The notes: generated from the letters alone by a model not told the origin. 64,000 nt of DNA from Octopus vulgaris (GCA_951406725.2 OX597835.1:20212001-20276000), one strand, 5' to 3'. Positions 14,130 to 26,866 are shown, counted from the first letter of the stretch. A program made the numbers and translations.

Positions 14130-14510
14130 GAGTGGCTGTGCGGTAAGATCTGTGCTTCCCAACCACATGGTTCCAGATTCAGTCCCACCGCGTGGAACTT
14201 TGAACAAATGTCTTCTAGTATAGCCGCAGGCCGACCACAGCCTTGTGAGTTGATTTGGTAGATGGAAACTGAAAGAAGCCTTCCGTATATATATATATGT
14301 GTGAGTGTGTGTGTGTGTGCTTGTGATTGTTCCCCAACATCGTTTGACAACCAATGTTGGTGTGTTTAGTTCCCGTAACTTAGCGATTCGGCAAAATAAA
14401 ACGATAGAAAAATACTAGGCTCAAAAAGAATAAGTTGTGGGGGTCTATATGTTCGACTAAACGCGGTGCTCCAGCCCGGCCGAAGTCAAAATGACTGAAA
14501 TAAGAAAAAT
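14130..14510 (+). mobile_element. SINE family A, diverged near-full copy
   Basis: gagtggctgtgcggtaag..gattcagtcccac..aaaatgactgaaataag. Confidence 0.8.
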
Positions 14511-14624
14511 AATATATATACATTCCACTCACACACACATACACACAGACACGCAAATATATATATATATATATGTATATATCTATGTCTATATATGTGT
14601 GAGAGTCTTTGTAGCCCATTACGG

Positions 14625-14809
14625 ATTGAAAACCGGCGTTGATGTGCTTACATCCATATGAATTAACAGTTCGGTTAAAGAGACCGATAAAATAAGTAAT
14701 ACGCTAACAAGGAATAAGTTCTGAGATCGAGTTGTTCTGCTAAAAACGGTTGAAAGTTGTGCTCTAGCTTGTCCGTAGTCAAATGACTGAAAGAAGTAAA
14801 ACAATAAAA

Positions 14810-14810
<1 letters not shown>
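14625..14810 (+). mobile_element. SINE family A, degenerate 3' part
   Basis: agagaccgataaaataagta..gtcaaatgactgaaagaagtaaaa. Confidence 0.65.
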
Positions 14811-14868
<58 letters not shown>

Positions 14869-14964
14869 GATATGTATATACATGCATTTGTGTGTTTATC
14901 TATGTGTGAGTTTGTGTGTGTGTGTGTGTGTGTGTCTGTGTCTGTGTGTTTATGTATATATGTA

Positions 14965-15197
14965 TATTTCTTTACTACCCACAAGGGGCTAAACATAGAG
15001 AGGACGAACAAGGACAAACAAACGGATTAAGTCGATTACATCGACCCCAGTGCGAAACTGGTACTTTTTTTTATCGACCCCGAAAGGATGAAAGGCAAAG
15101 TCGACCTCGGCGGAATTTGAACTCAGAACATAACGACAGACGAAATACCGCTAATTATTCCGCCCGGTGCGCTAACGTGTATGCCAGCTCGCCGCCT
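14965..15197 (-). mobile_element. SINE family B, full length
   Basis: Colinear with other family B copies. Confidence 0.85.
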
Positions 15198-15447
15198 TAT
15201 GTATATATGTATAGTCTACATGCGTGACCAGAGATTCTCTCTATAGAAGACAATTAGTAGCACTCAAATGGTTCAAACTTAGACTCCAGTATCTTCACTT
15301 GGGATTAATTCCGTGGGGGGGGGGGTGTAAAGAATGTTGAAAAGAGGGATGAAATTGAGGACATATGGAGGCAATTATGAGAATAAATAAATCATATATA
15401 GTAAATATATCAGCTTGGGTAGGAAACAAAAAGAAAATGAATATATA

Positions 15448-15612
15448 GGCGCAGGAGTGGCTGTGTGGTAAGTAGGTTGCTAACCAACCACATGGTTCCG
15501 GGTTCAGTCCCACTGCGTGGCACCTTAGGCAAGTGTCTTCTACTATAGCCTCGGGTCGACCAAAGTCTTGTGAGTGGATTTGGAAGACGGAAACTAAAAG
15601 AAGCCCGTCGTA

Positions 15613-15662
<50 letters not shown>

Positions 15663-15885
15663 TGTGTGTGTGTTTGTGTGTCTGTGTTTGTCCCGCTAGC
15701 ATTGCTTGATAACCGATGCTGGTGTGTTTACGTCCCCGTCACTTAGCGGTTCGGCAAAAGAGACCGATATAATAAGTACTGGGCTTACAAAAAGAATAAG
15801 TCCCGGGGTCGAGTTGCTCGATTAAAGGCGGTGCTCCAGCATGGCCACAGTCAGATGACTGAAACAAGTAAAAGAGTAAAAGAGT
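15448..15885 (+). mobile_element. SINE family A, full-length reference copy (tRNA-derived, CORE-like)
   Basis: A-box-like TGGCTGTGTGG, B-box-like GGTTCAGTCCC, CORE-like ggcaccttaggcaagtgtcttctactatagcctc, internal (TA)n(TG)n, tail (GTAAAAGA)n. The CORE assignment is from memory of MIR/CORE consensus. Confidence 0.85.
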
Positions 15886-16122
15886 GTGTACACATGCAAA
15901 ACGAGAGAAAGCACTGAGTAGAGACTTTCTGACGATGAATACTTAAAGTATGAATATAAATATATTTATGTTAAGAGATGCAACTTACACAGAGCACAAG
16001 CGTTTTTCTTCTTTCTCTCTAATCTTCTCTGTTGAGTTATTTACTAATCTAATATTGTCTGTTTGTGTGCCAATAGATAGATTAGTAAGTATTTTGCCCG
16101 GATTGAGTATCCTCTTAATGTT

Positions 16123-16149
<27 letters not shown>

Positions 16150-16174
<25 letters not shown>

Positions 16175-16284
16175 CAACAATTGAGGGTAAAATTAATTAA
16201 TTATTAATTAATTTCACCAAGTGTTCAGTATGCAAAGGGACCATTAGTAAGTATTTTGCCCGGATTGAGTATCCTCTTAATGTT

Positions 16285-16332
<48 letters not shown>

Positions 16333-16769
16333 CAACAATTGAGGGTAAAATTAATTAATTATTAATTAATTTCACCAAGTGTTCAGTATGCAAAGGGACC
16401 ATTTAAGGCGAATTCAAATTATTACAATATATAAAAGGGCTTAGTAAAATAAATTACTTTGCCGCATACTGAACTCATTAGAAATAGCAGCTAAAAAACT
16501 TTTTTAAAAACCATTTCTAATACTTAAAGAAAATCTCTCTCGTATAGTGTTTGGTCAACTCAACTCACGAAAGTTTGGGGGTAAAGACATAAAAAAATCA
16601 AATGCAAAGGTTATTTGAGAACGTACGTTTCAAGATTAGTCATCAAGACACTTCTATCATCAGCTCAGAAACTCTTTAAGTATTAGAAATGGTTTTTAAA
16701 AAAGTTTTTTAGCTGCTATTTCTAATGAGTTCAGTATGCGGCAAAGTAATTTATTTTACTAAGCCCTTT

Positions 16770-16790
<21 letters not shown>
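16150..16790 (-). mobile_element. Penelope-like pLTR / retrozyme-type element with partial inverted duplication; diverged relative of the 24.4-26.4 kb unit
   Basis: Homologous to the array unit (caacaattgagggtaaaattaatt..); ~16430-16530 is inverted at ~16673-16774; flanked by (TA)n; 16081-16242 is duplicated at 16243-16400. Confidence 0.7.
16614..16669 (-). ncRNA. type-I hammerhead ribozyme
   Basis: tgag-CTGATGA-taga..tctt-GAAA-cgtacg-TT-ctca; palindromic stem III ACGTACGT; first stem II pair mismatched. Confidence 0.7.
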
Positions 16791-16807
<17 letters not shown>

Positions 16808-17118
16808 CAAAACTTACTTACAAGAGATGAAACGAAACGAAAACGAATCGAATCGACGCGAGGGCGCTCAGTCGAACTAGGGACAGCTGATGAAGAGGAT
16901 TTTTCCTTGTGTAGTTTGTATTGTACTCTGTTTTTTTCGTTTAGGTCCGTTTCCACGTTTGTTTCTACGTTTTCGTTTCTCGTTGAGTTCTACGTCTATT
17001 TGTGGTGTCCTGTACTCACGTATATATATTTATATATGCATGTATATATACATGTAGATGTAGGTACGTACATTATTTATGTATGTATGCATATATTATA
17101 TTTATTACACTATTATAT

Positions 17119-17191
<73 letters not shown>

Positions 17192-17340
17192 TAAGAGAGA
17201 GTCCACTAAACTGGACGCCCTTACGCTAAAGAGAGATCCACATGAGTCTCAACCACTAAAAATTGTTCTCAAGAAAAACCCTAGCACACTATGAACGTAA
17301 GCGAGCAGGACAAATGAAAAATAACAAAAATATAGATTAA

Positions 17341-17415
17341 CCCCATACAATTGTTTCACTGTTAATAAATTATGCAATTTTAGTTACACAATTAATTTGC
17401 AGATCATCAGTGGAG
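17341..17415 (-). ncRNA. type-I hammerhead ribozyme
   Basis: ctcca-CTGATGA-tctg..cagt-GAAA-caattg-TA-tgggg; palindromic stem III ACAATTGT; lies in element ~17193-17480 with fold-back 17375-17422/17429-17478. Confidence 0.7.
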
Positions 17416-17714
17416 TCTGTCAAAAATATGACGGACTCCACTGATGATCACCAAATTAATTGTGTAAGTAAAATTGCCTTGGTGTGTCTTGCAATCACTC
17501 ACTGTCGTTCCGTGTGATCTTTTACTCTTCTGTTCGGCAAAGCTGACCGGCATAACGATGTTGCTGCTCATGCGGATGATGATGTTGAATGAAGAATAAC
17601 AGAAGCCGAAGAATAAAATAAAAAAATATTTATTCTTCTTTTGGTATTAATACCATTGCTTCTTTTTTCATTTTCTTCCTTTTATTACTGTTATTATTGT
17701 TAGTATGATTTTAC

Positions 17715-17734
17715 GATTATTATTATTGTTGTTG

Positions 17735-17808
<74 letters not shown>

Positions 17809-17997
17809 GTTGTTTATGATGTAGAATAAATGAAATATATTGACAAAACAGTAATAATGCGTTACATAAAAAAAACAAATCTTCACTAATAGCAACTAAA
17901 TTATTAATAGCGATAGCAATGTTATTAATAAATTAATAAATAATCCTAATAATAACTGCATCTTCTTCGACAACATCAACTTCCCTATCACTGTTAT

Positions 17998-18071
<74 letters not shown>

Positions 18072-18132
18072 ATTTTTATTTTTATAATTATTATTATTAC
18101 TATTATTATTACTATTATTATTATTATTATTA

Positions 18133-18199
<67 letters not shown>

Positions 18200-18227
18200 T
18201 ATTATTTTTATTATTATTATTATTTCA

Positions 18228-18284
<57 letters not shown>

Positions 18285-18307
18285 TTCATCATCATCAATA
18301 ATAGTAA

Positions 18308-18355
<48 letters not shown>
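17715..18355. repeat. (ATT)n / (TAG)n trinucleotide tracts
   Basis: Direct inspection. Confidence 0.9.
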
Positions 18356-19399
18356 CAGAAGCCGTAACAATTTACCCCCTCCACCCACCCACGCGAGAAG
18401 ATAAATGAATGCGAAATTGCATCTAAACTAAACAACAATATTTTTCCATCTGTAGCATTAATTACAGTAAGAAATTATACAGCTTAGCTGTAATTAGTGA
18501 GAATTTAATTAAAACTAGCGAGATTGTATGATACAACTGATATAACTGTTAATTTTTGCTTAAATTATATTTTAAATATAGCTATTTGTTGGGTTTTTTT
18601 TAAACTGTTGTGTGTTTTCTGTTACTGATGCTAGTACATATAGTGCTAATGGAGGTGCTGGTATGTTTGTGATGCTACTGGTTGTTTGTGTCTGTGATGG
18701 CCGTAGCGATGAAGATGATGGCGGACAGAATGCGTATGTGTTCGGCGAGGAAGGGGTTTGCTTTCCGTGGCTTATAATTAGACGAATCATAACGTAGAAT
18801 GATGCTTAATCTATCAATTAGTTTATATTTTCGTAAGCTATTTCTGCTGATTTGTTTGTGTTACTTTTAAATTACTGTTTTCTTGTTTTACTCATTGTTT
18901 TTTTTTTTCTTAATTTTTCCGTTGTTTTCTTTCGATGTACATTATTTCGATTTGTTTTATTTTATGTGGAAATGAGATCGAAGTAGAAGGAAAGAATTGT
19001 GTTATTAAACATTCAAAGAAACTGCATATATCGATTTATTTTCCATTGAAATCGTTATCGATTTTCATCCATTTCAAATCTTAACGGTTCAACATTTCCG
19101 CTTTATATGTTACGACATTTTCTTGTTGTTGACATTGCTTTTGCTACTGCGACTGCTGCTACCATTGGTGATACTGATGAAGACGATTTTGATATTACTG
19201 ATGTTAGATCTTCAGATGAATCCAGAACAAGGATATCTATACTGAAGAATTTTTTTCAGCTTTTCTCGTCAAAGTTTCTTCTGAGGAAATTCATCTGAAG
19301 GCATATTTCTATATGGTGTTCAATTTTTGTTTTAATTTAAGACATAAACTTTCAACATGGATGTCAGGAAATGTGAAAAAAATATGCAGTGATAACCTT

Positions 19400-20250
19400 C
19401 ACGGGATGCTAAAACTGGAAGGGGAACGGATGGAAACGAAGGGAAGAGTAATGAAGCCTTGTAAAATAATACACATCGCAGACACGAACACATTTGAAGA
19501 GAACATCATGAACACGTTTAAATTTGCGTGTATACGAGAATGTTATGAGTTCATTACAGCGACTGTCGGACAAATGACTAGGTGCTTCAACAGCTATGTG
19601 AACGCCGACAATTTTTGAACAATGCAAAAAAAATAATAAAAACTCGGGATCTTTTCGGTTTGAACGGCAGTTTTTTAAATAATTTCTAGGTAACTAAAAA
19701 AATTTTAAACTTCGTATACAGGTAGAATGTGTTTATAAAACATATTTTTCTCTTGGCTTTATTGAGAAAATTCTATAGTTTGTAAGATATTTGTTGTTTT
19801 TCTTCTTCAATTTCTGCAACTTCAACCAATCAATGACGTCCATTGAGGTAAAAAAAACAACATTCTATGCCATATGAATATGTCCCTCGTTTAAGAAGCA
19901 AATTGGGTTTATTTACATTTGTGAAGAAAAAAGATACCCTTCCCCCAACCCTAACTATCCCTAACCCTAAAAGAGATTGAAATGCAATAGATCGATACTA
20001 GGGTCATAATTATGGGTGATAATTTCATGACCCCGCTAGAAAAAGCTGCCGTTTAAACCGAAAAGGTCCAAAGCTCGTCTATTATGACCGTTATAGATGA
20101 GATTTTTCCTTATCAGCGGAGGTCTAAAAAATACCGTGAAAGGAAATATAGATGGCAATAGATCAAGTCACAAGTGATGGATAAATAATGTCACTCGCTG
20201 GCTGGACAACAGAGCTGGAAATCGCATTTATCGTAAATACTTTCGTTGTA
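19400..20250 (+). mobile_element. highly decayed RTE-type LINE 3' region, interrupted by a MITE
   Basis: Patchy translation EENIMNTFKFACIR..KLVYY..LKNTVKGNIDGNRS..WINNVTRWL resembles the RTE C-terminus (AFEMWCYRR..KLRYFGH..LQGKVEGKRGRGRP..WIDNI). Confidence 0.45.
19647..20069. mobile_element. MITE with ~29-bp TIRs and 8-bp TSD (Merlin-like)
   Basis: TIR ggatcttttcggtttgaacggcagttttt / aaaaagctgccgtttaaaccgaaaaggtcc; TSD aaaactcg (19639-19646) / aaagctcg (20070-20077). Superfamily inferred from GG termini plus 8-bp TSD. Confidence 0.8.
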
Positions 20251-22113
20251 GTGTCATCGATGTGATTCAAGCGTAGGATACACGACAACGGCGATGACGT
20301 CGACATCGAAGATGACCCACGAATGACCAAGATCAACTGAAAATGTTAGTGATATGTTTCCTACAAAAGCAATAGCAGTAGCAAATTCTGTCACAAAACG
20401 GCATTTACGACAACAGGTGCTTCTCCGTCAAGAATGCCACTTAAGCTTTACCTAGTGGAAAGCTACGATTACAACTGTAGTGGGATGCTTAATATTTTAA
20501 TTTGTTGCTATCTAAACATGACTTAAGTGTTCTTGAAAAGCTTGTCATAAAACATATTGCATATGTTTATTATATATTTACTATATAATATATGTTTATT
20601 ATATGTTTTTTATAATATATAATAATATTATATTATGTTTATTATAATATATAATATGTTTATTATACATTTATTATATACCCTATTATTCAATCATACT
20701 CCTAATCGAGCAGAGCTAACACGAAGAGTGATATCAGTAAAAGCCTCAATATGTTTCTAATATCTGCAATTATATATACGACAATTCCTTCGTTAATTTT
20801 GATGATGGATGTTGGGTTTCTTTAACTCAATGAATCTTACAACTTGGATGGTTTCTTTGTCGATATCGGCAGGATGAAACATAAACTGACGATATTAATA
20901 TTTGAAAGTTTTATTGAAAAGGATGATAAAAGCATAGGTATTTATGAAATTGCTAAGAAATAGAAAAGGGCTTTCAAAGTTACGAGTGATAATAAATCCA
21001 CATTATTGTTGCATACGTAGTTGTCAGTAAGATCGATTATCTCTAATAGAGAATCATTCTGAATTTTTCAGAAAGAGATCATAAGATAGTGTAGACCGCA
21101 TACATCTCACGCCTCGTTTCTTTACTTTCAACAACAGTTCAACGAATAACTTCTTGGTGATATCTTTGTAACGCCTTAGGCGTTTGTCAAGAATATTTCT
21201 TGGCATATTGCAAAAGATAGTTTTGTGTTTTACCCTGAGGAAATTTTTAGTTTACAAGATATCATGTTGCCAACTCGATAGAGAGAAACTCGCTTCGTTT
21301 TCTTAGAAATATAAAATGCAGAAACTGTAGCTCAAAACAAGTTCTACCCCAGCCCTCTGACTATTCAAACGAACTACTCACATCCTTGCTACTTTCATTT
21401 TATGGATATCATACAGATAACGGCAGGGAAGACACTAACGATATAAGAATTAAGAACACAGACGGATGAAACAAAACCTACATAATTTTATGTCCTGTTT
21501 TGTCGATTCTGCCGATTTACCGCCTTATTTCACTGATCAGAAGTTGACTTGATATGTAGCGACCTCATACCATATATATTTCCTTTACCAGTACCGAAAA
21601 CATAAAACGTATTAATTTGAGACAGCAAGTATGTATTAATTATTTACATGGGGGGTTCGCTTCGACATGAAACTGATTTTGCATTACCTTTTACCGACAG
21701 ACAAAATATTGCAATGAATTAACAAAAGATTTGGAGCGTCAGAAAATCATTTTGTACGAATTTCTTCAGATAAACTACAACCACTGCCTTCATATTTTGG
21801 AGATCGATGAAGTGAAAATGTCAGCTGAAGTGGATGGATAACTTAGCACTTGAGATCTGAGGCAATCGTCACAACGGACTCCAGGCTTTTTCACTCAATG
21901 GATTATGGCTGGAATGCTCGATGGAATCTTCTCGGTATTATTATGCTCGAATTAAAAACCCAAACGTCTTTGGCATTATTTTGAAGAGCGGTGAGCCTAG
22001 ATTTCATTATTATTTTAAAATAAAATATATTGCTTGGAGAATTACACTTGAATATTCCAGTTAATGGAAGAGAAGCTATCTTTCTTTCATACTGTCAGAA
22101 GAATAAAACAAAT

Positions 22114-22161
<48 letters not shown>

Positions 22162-22248
22162 ATTGGAGTAGTAGTAGTAGTAGTAGTAGCTTTTGAAGAA
22201 GAACAATTAGCAATAATAGCTGCATTGTTATTATTATTATTATTATTA

Positions 22249-22282
<34 letters not shown>

Positions 22283-22419
22283 TTTTGATATACGTATTTG
22301 TTACAGTCACTTGCCGAGAGACACCCAGGATGCTGGGGTCAGGGAAAGATAAGAGATGTTAACGTGTGACAGAAAAGGTTAAAGAGGGGAAATAGCGAAA
22401 TATATTCATGCAATGAAAC

Positions 22420-23125
22420 ACAACACATTTAAATTGATAGGGTTTTTTCATAGGATGTGCATAGTGCTTGTCGGCACGGTCTTTTGGATTTTTCTGAGAC
22501 GTTGTTTTCCTAGGATCTTATCTAAATGTTTTTGACATCCCTTTTCTATCATACCTAAGGCACCTATATTAACAGGAACAGTTCTCTCTTTCAGATGCCA
22601 CATTCTTTTGTATTTCAATTTCCAGGTCCTTATATTTACTTAGTTTGTCAAATTCCTTTACAGATATATTTTTACCAGTGGGGACACTTACATCTATGAG
22701 TCTGCAAGTATTTTCTTCCCGATCTTTAATAATTATGTCTGATCGACTAGCCTGGATCGTTCTGTCGGTGTTGACTAGAAAACTACATTTACAGGATAGT
22801 GACATTTTTACCTTCAACGACAGACTAAGGATGATGTTCATAAGTAGGAGTGCTATTTTGGTACTGCTTACATATTTTCCAATGATGTACTACTCTATCG
22901 TGGCGTTTTTGTATTCGTTTGGTGTCAGCACAGGATATCCCGAGTCGAGATGGTCTATTCTTTCGTCGAATGTCTTGTAGAAACTACATTTAGGGTCACA
23001 GGCATTTTGAAGAATGTTCACCTGGTAGTTTTTGTGAGCAGGCTTTGATCCATGGTACTTATGAGAATTTTTGCTACCCTGGTAACGATTTTTTTCCGTG
23101 TTCTTTGCACACATTGAAAAAATAC
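22420..23125 (-). mobile_element. R4/Dong-like non-LTR retrotransposon 3' fragment (zinc knuckle + restriction-like endonuclease)
   Basis: DPKCSFYKTFDERIDHLDSGYPVLTPNEYKN (degenerate CCHC) and TDRTIQASRSDIIIKDREENTCRLIDVSVPTGKNISVKEFDKLSKYKDLEIEIQK (RLE PD..D..K.KY motif). Confidence 0.85.
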
Positions 23126-23131
23126 TTATAC

Positions 23132-23640
<509 letters not shown>

Positions 23641-23744
23641 CATAAATATATATATATACATACATAAATGTATATTTATATACCTACGTATGTATATATG
23701 TGTATGTGTGTATACCTGTGTGCGTGCCTGCATGTGTTTGTGTA

Positions 23745-23922
23745 TGTGTGTGTGTCCAACCACCACATGAAAACTACTGCTGGTGTGTTTACGTTCTTGT
23801 TACTTAGCGGTTTCGCAAAAGAGGCCGATAATATAATAAACCAGACTTTAAAATATAATAAACCAAAGTGCTTCAAGCGGTGCTCCAGCATCGCCACAGT
23901 CACACGACTGAAACAAGTAAGA
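23745..23922 (+). mobile_element. SINE family A, 3' fragment
   Basis: gctggtgtgtttacg..ggtgctccagcatcgccacagtcacacgactgaaacaagtaa. Confidence 0.7.
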
Positions 23923-24385
23923 AATAACAAATAGTACATTAAAGGTATCATTTCCACCTAGCTAAGCGTCTCTACTAAGCCCGTCCACAGTGTTCCTTCT
24001 TAATTTCTCAAGCAATTGTAAAAAAAAAAATATGTGAAACACGGAAAGCCTCTTATGTGCGTTCTTATAAAGAAGGTTGGTTCTTTGCAGCTGTTTAAAT
24101 TGCTTTATATAGGAGGAATATATACTTGGAATCCAAACCTAATGATTCCGTACCTTAAACGATGATTAATACTAACGCTTCATTAAGTAACATCGCCCTC
24201 TATTTGAGGGTATTCATCTATAGGAGTGATTTATGCCAGATTTATGGGCGTTGCTGTTTCTTCTTTGATTAAACAGTAGAAATGTTACGCCTGAAAACAT
24301 GCGTGAACTTCGTTCATGGAATCTGTGTGTAAGTATCTATGAATACTTATGTGTATGCATGCATTTATGTATGTACATTTGTATG

Positions 24386-24420
<35 letters not shown>

Positions 24421-24696
24421 ACAATTGAGGGTAAAATTAATTAAATAATCAATTTCACCAAGTGTTCAGTATGTAAAAGGACCATTTAAGGCGAATTCAA
24501 AATATTACATTATATAATTAGGGCTTAGTAAAATAAATTACTTTGCCACATACTGAACTTAGTAGAAATAGCAGCCAAAAAAATTTTCTTAGCATTTCTA
24601 CTACTTAAAGAAAATTTCTCTCAGATAATGTTTACTCTAGACAGCTCACGAAGGTTTGGGGGTAAATACAGAAAAATATCACAAGTACATAGATCG

Positions 24697-24758
24697 TTTG
24701 AGTACGTCAACGTTTCAAGATTAGCCAAATAAATCAGCATTTCTTTCGTCAGCTCAAA
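24697..24758 (-). ncRNA. type-I hammerhead ribozyme (array unit 1)
   Basis: tttgag-CTGACGA-aaga..tctt-GAAA-cgttgacg-TA-ctcaaa: intact core, 6-bp stem I, 4-bp stem II, stem III ACGT-tg-ACGT, GUA cleavage triplet. Confidence 0.85.
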
Positions 24759-25263
24759 ATTTCTTAATTTGGATTTGGAAACACTAAAAAGAAGGAACTT
24801 TACCTATCAGCGAACTTGTCGCTTCAGATGAACCACTCCAACTAAACAGTGTCAACAAATTCAAAATGCGCAGGCGTAAAAATTCTGCACTCCCCATTCC
24901 ACCCACGTGGTCTATCTAGCAAACATTATATTTTAACCGCGAGAACCGAGGCAGTATGACCGAGAGTAATGAATTATAATATCAACAATTGAGGGTAAAA
25001 TTAATTAAATAATCAATTTCACCAAGTGTTCAGTATGTAAAAGGACCATTTAAGGCGAATTCAAAATATTACATTATATAATTAGGGCTTAGTAAAATAA
25101 ATTACTTTGCCACATACTGAACTTAGTAGAAATAGCAGCCAAAAAAAAAATTTTCTTAGCATTTCTACTACTTAAAGAAAATTTCTCTCAGATAATGTTT
25201 ACTCCAGACAGCTCACGAAGGTTTGGGGGTAAATACAGAAAAATATCACAAGTACATAGATCG

Positions 25264-25325
25264 TTTGAGTACGTCAACGTTTCAAGATTAGCCAAATAAA
25301 TCAGCATTTCTTTCGTCAGCTCAAA
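25264..25325 (-). ncRNA. type-I hammerhead ribozyme (array unit 2)
   Basis: Identical to 24697-24758. Confidence 0.85.
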
Positions 25326-25831
25326 ATTTCTTAATTTGGATTTGGAAACACTAAAAAGAAGGAACTTTACCTATCAGCGAACTTGTCGCTTCAGATGAAC
25401 CACTCCAACTAAACAGTGTCAACAAATTCAAAATGCGCAGGCGTAAAAATTCTGCACTCCCCATTCCACCCACGTGGTCTATCTAGCAAACATTATATTT
25501 TAACCGCGAGAACCGAGGCAGTATGACCGAGAGAAATGAATTATAATATCAACAATTGAGGGTAAAATTAATTAAATAATCAATTTCACCAAGTGTTCAG
25601 TATGTAAAAGGACCATTTAAGGCGAATTCAAAATATTACATTATATAATTAGGGCTTAGTAAAATAAATTACTTTGCCACATACTGAACTTAGTAGAAAT
25701 AGCAGCCAAAAAAAAAAATTTTCTTAGCATTTCTACTACTTAAAGAAAATTTCTCTCAGATAATGTTTACTCTAGACAGCTCACGAAGGTTTGGGGGTAA
25801 ATACAGAAAAATATCACAAGTACATAGATCG

Positions 25832-25893
25832 TTTGAGTACGTCAACGTTTCAAGATTAGCCAAATAAATCAGCATTTCTTTCGTCAGCTCAAA
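25832..25893 (-). ncRNA. type-I hammerhead ribozyme (array unit 3)
   Basis: Identical to 24697-24758; the unit 4 copy (26399-26437) lacks the CTGACGA half. Confidence 0.85.
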
Positions 25894-26434
25894 ATTTCTT
25901 AATTTGGATTTGGAAACACTAAAAGAAGGAACTTTACCTATCAGCGAACTTGTCGCTTCAGATGAACCACTCCAACTAAACAGTGTCAACAAATTCAAAA
26001 TGCGCAGGCGTAAAATTCTGCACTCCCCATTCCACCCACGTGGTCTATCTAGCGAACATTATATTTTAACTGCGAGAACCGAGGCAGTATGACCGAGAGA
26101 AATGAATTATAATATCAACAATTGAGGGTAAAATTAATTAAATAATCAATTTCACCAAGTGTTCAGTATGTAAAAGGACCATTTAAGGCGAATTCAAAAT
26201 ATTACATTATATAATTAGGGCTTAGTAAAATAAATTACTTTGCCACATACTGAACTTAGTAGAAATAGCAGCCAAAGAAAAAAAATTTTGTTAGCATTTC
26301 TACTACTTAAAGAAAATTTCTCTCAGATAATGTTTACTCTAGACGGCTCACGAAGGTTTGGGGGTAAATACAGAAAAATATCACAAGTACATAGATCGTT
26401 TGAGTACGTCAACGTTTCAAGATTAGCCAAATAA

Positions 26435-26482
<48 letters not shown>

Positions 26483-26673
26483 GGCTTTCCTCCAAGGAAT
26501 CTAATGCGCTTGGCTTAGATTTTTCCTTTGGGGCTGGCCAGATCGGAGCAATCTCAAGATTAATCAGCCGAAATTGCAAGGATGATCCGGTTCTTGACTG
26601 AAGATTGAAGGGTTCCGTGGTTTTTGCATCGTCTTCTAAATGTTTTGCGTTCTTGTCCCAGTTTGTATTTTTT

Positions 26674-26730
<57 letters not shown>

Positions 26731-26822
26731 GTGTGTGTATGTGTATATATATATATATAGATAGATATATAGATATATATAAATATATATAAATATATAT
26801 ATATGTATATATATATATGTAC

Positions 26823-26866
<44 letters not shown>

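Larger units (their letters stand above)
24417..26437 (-). mobile_element. tandem array of ~566-bp HHR-containing units (retrozyme-like / tandem Penelope pLTRs) inserted in (TA)n
   Basis: Unit starts (atcaacaattgagg) at 24417, 24981, 25548, 26114 give lengths 564, 567, 566; the fourth unit is truncated at 26437. Units are nearly identical, with (TA)n on both sides and no credible ORF. Confidence 0.9.

Noticed and set aside
16868-16912. CTGATGA motif in gtcgaactagggacagctgatgaagagg
   Set aside because: No GAAA closing a stem II and no consistent stems I/III; cannot be folded as an HHR.
24515-24535. taagccctaa word reminiscent of a pistol ribozyme
   Set aside because: The complementary pseudoknot partner and other pistol elements are absent on that strand.
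24417-26437. CRISPR array or protein-coding tandem gene interpretation
   Set aside because: Units are ~566 bp with no unique spacers, and the short ORFs are not preserved between units because of indels.
26565-26620. GAAA..CTGAAGA as a type-II hammerhead
   Set aside because: Flanks do not pair to form stem II or stem I.
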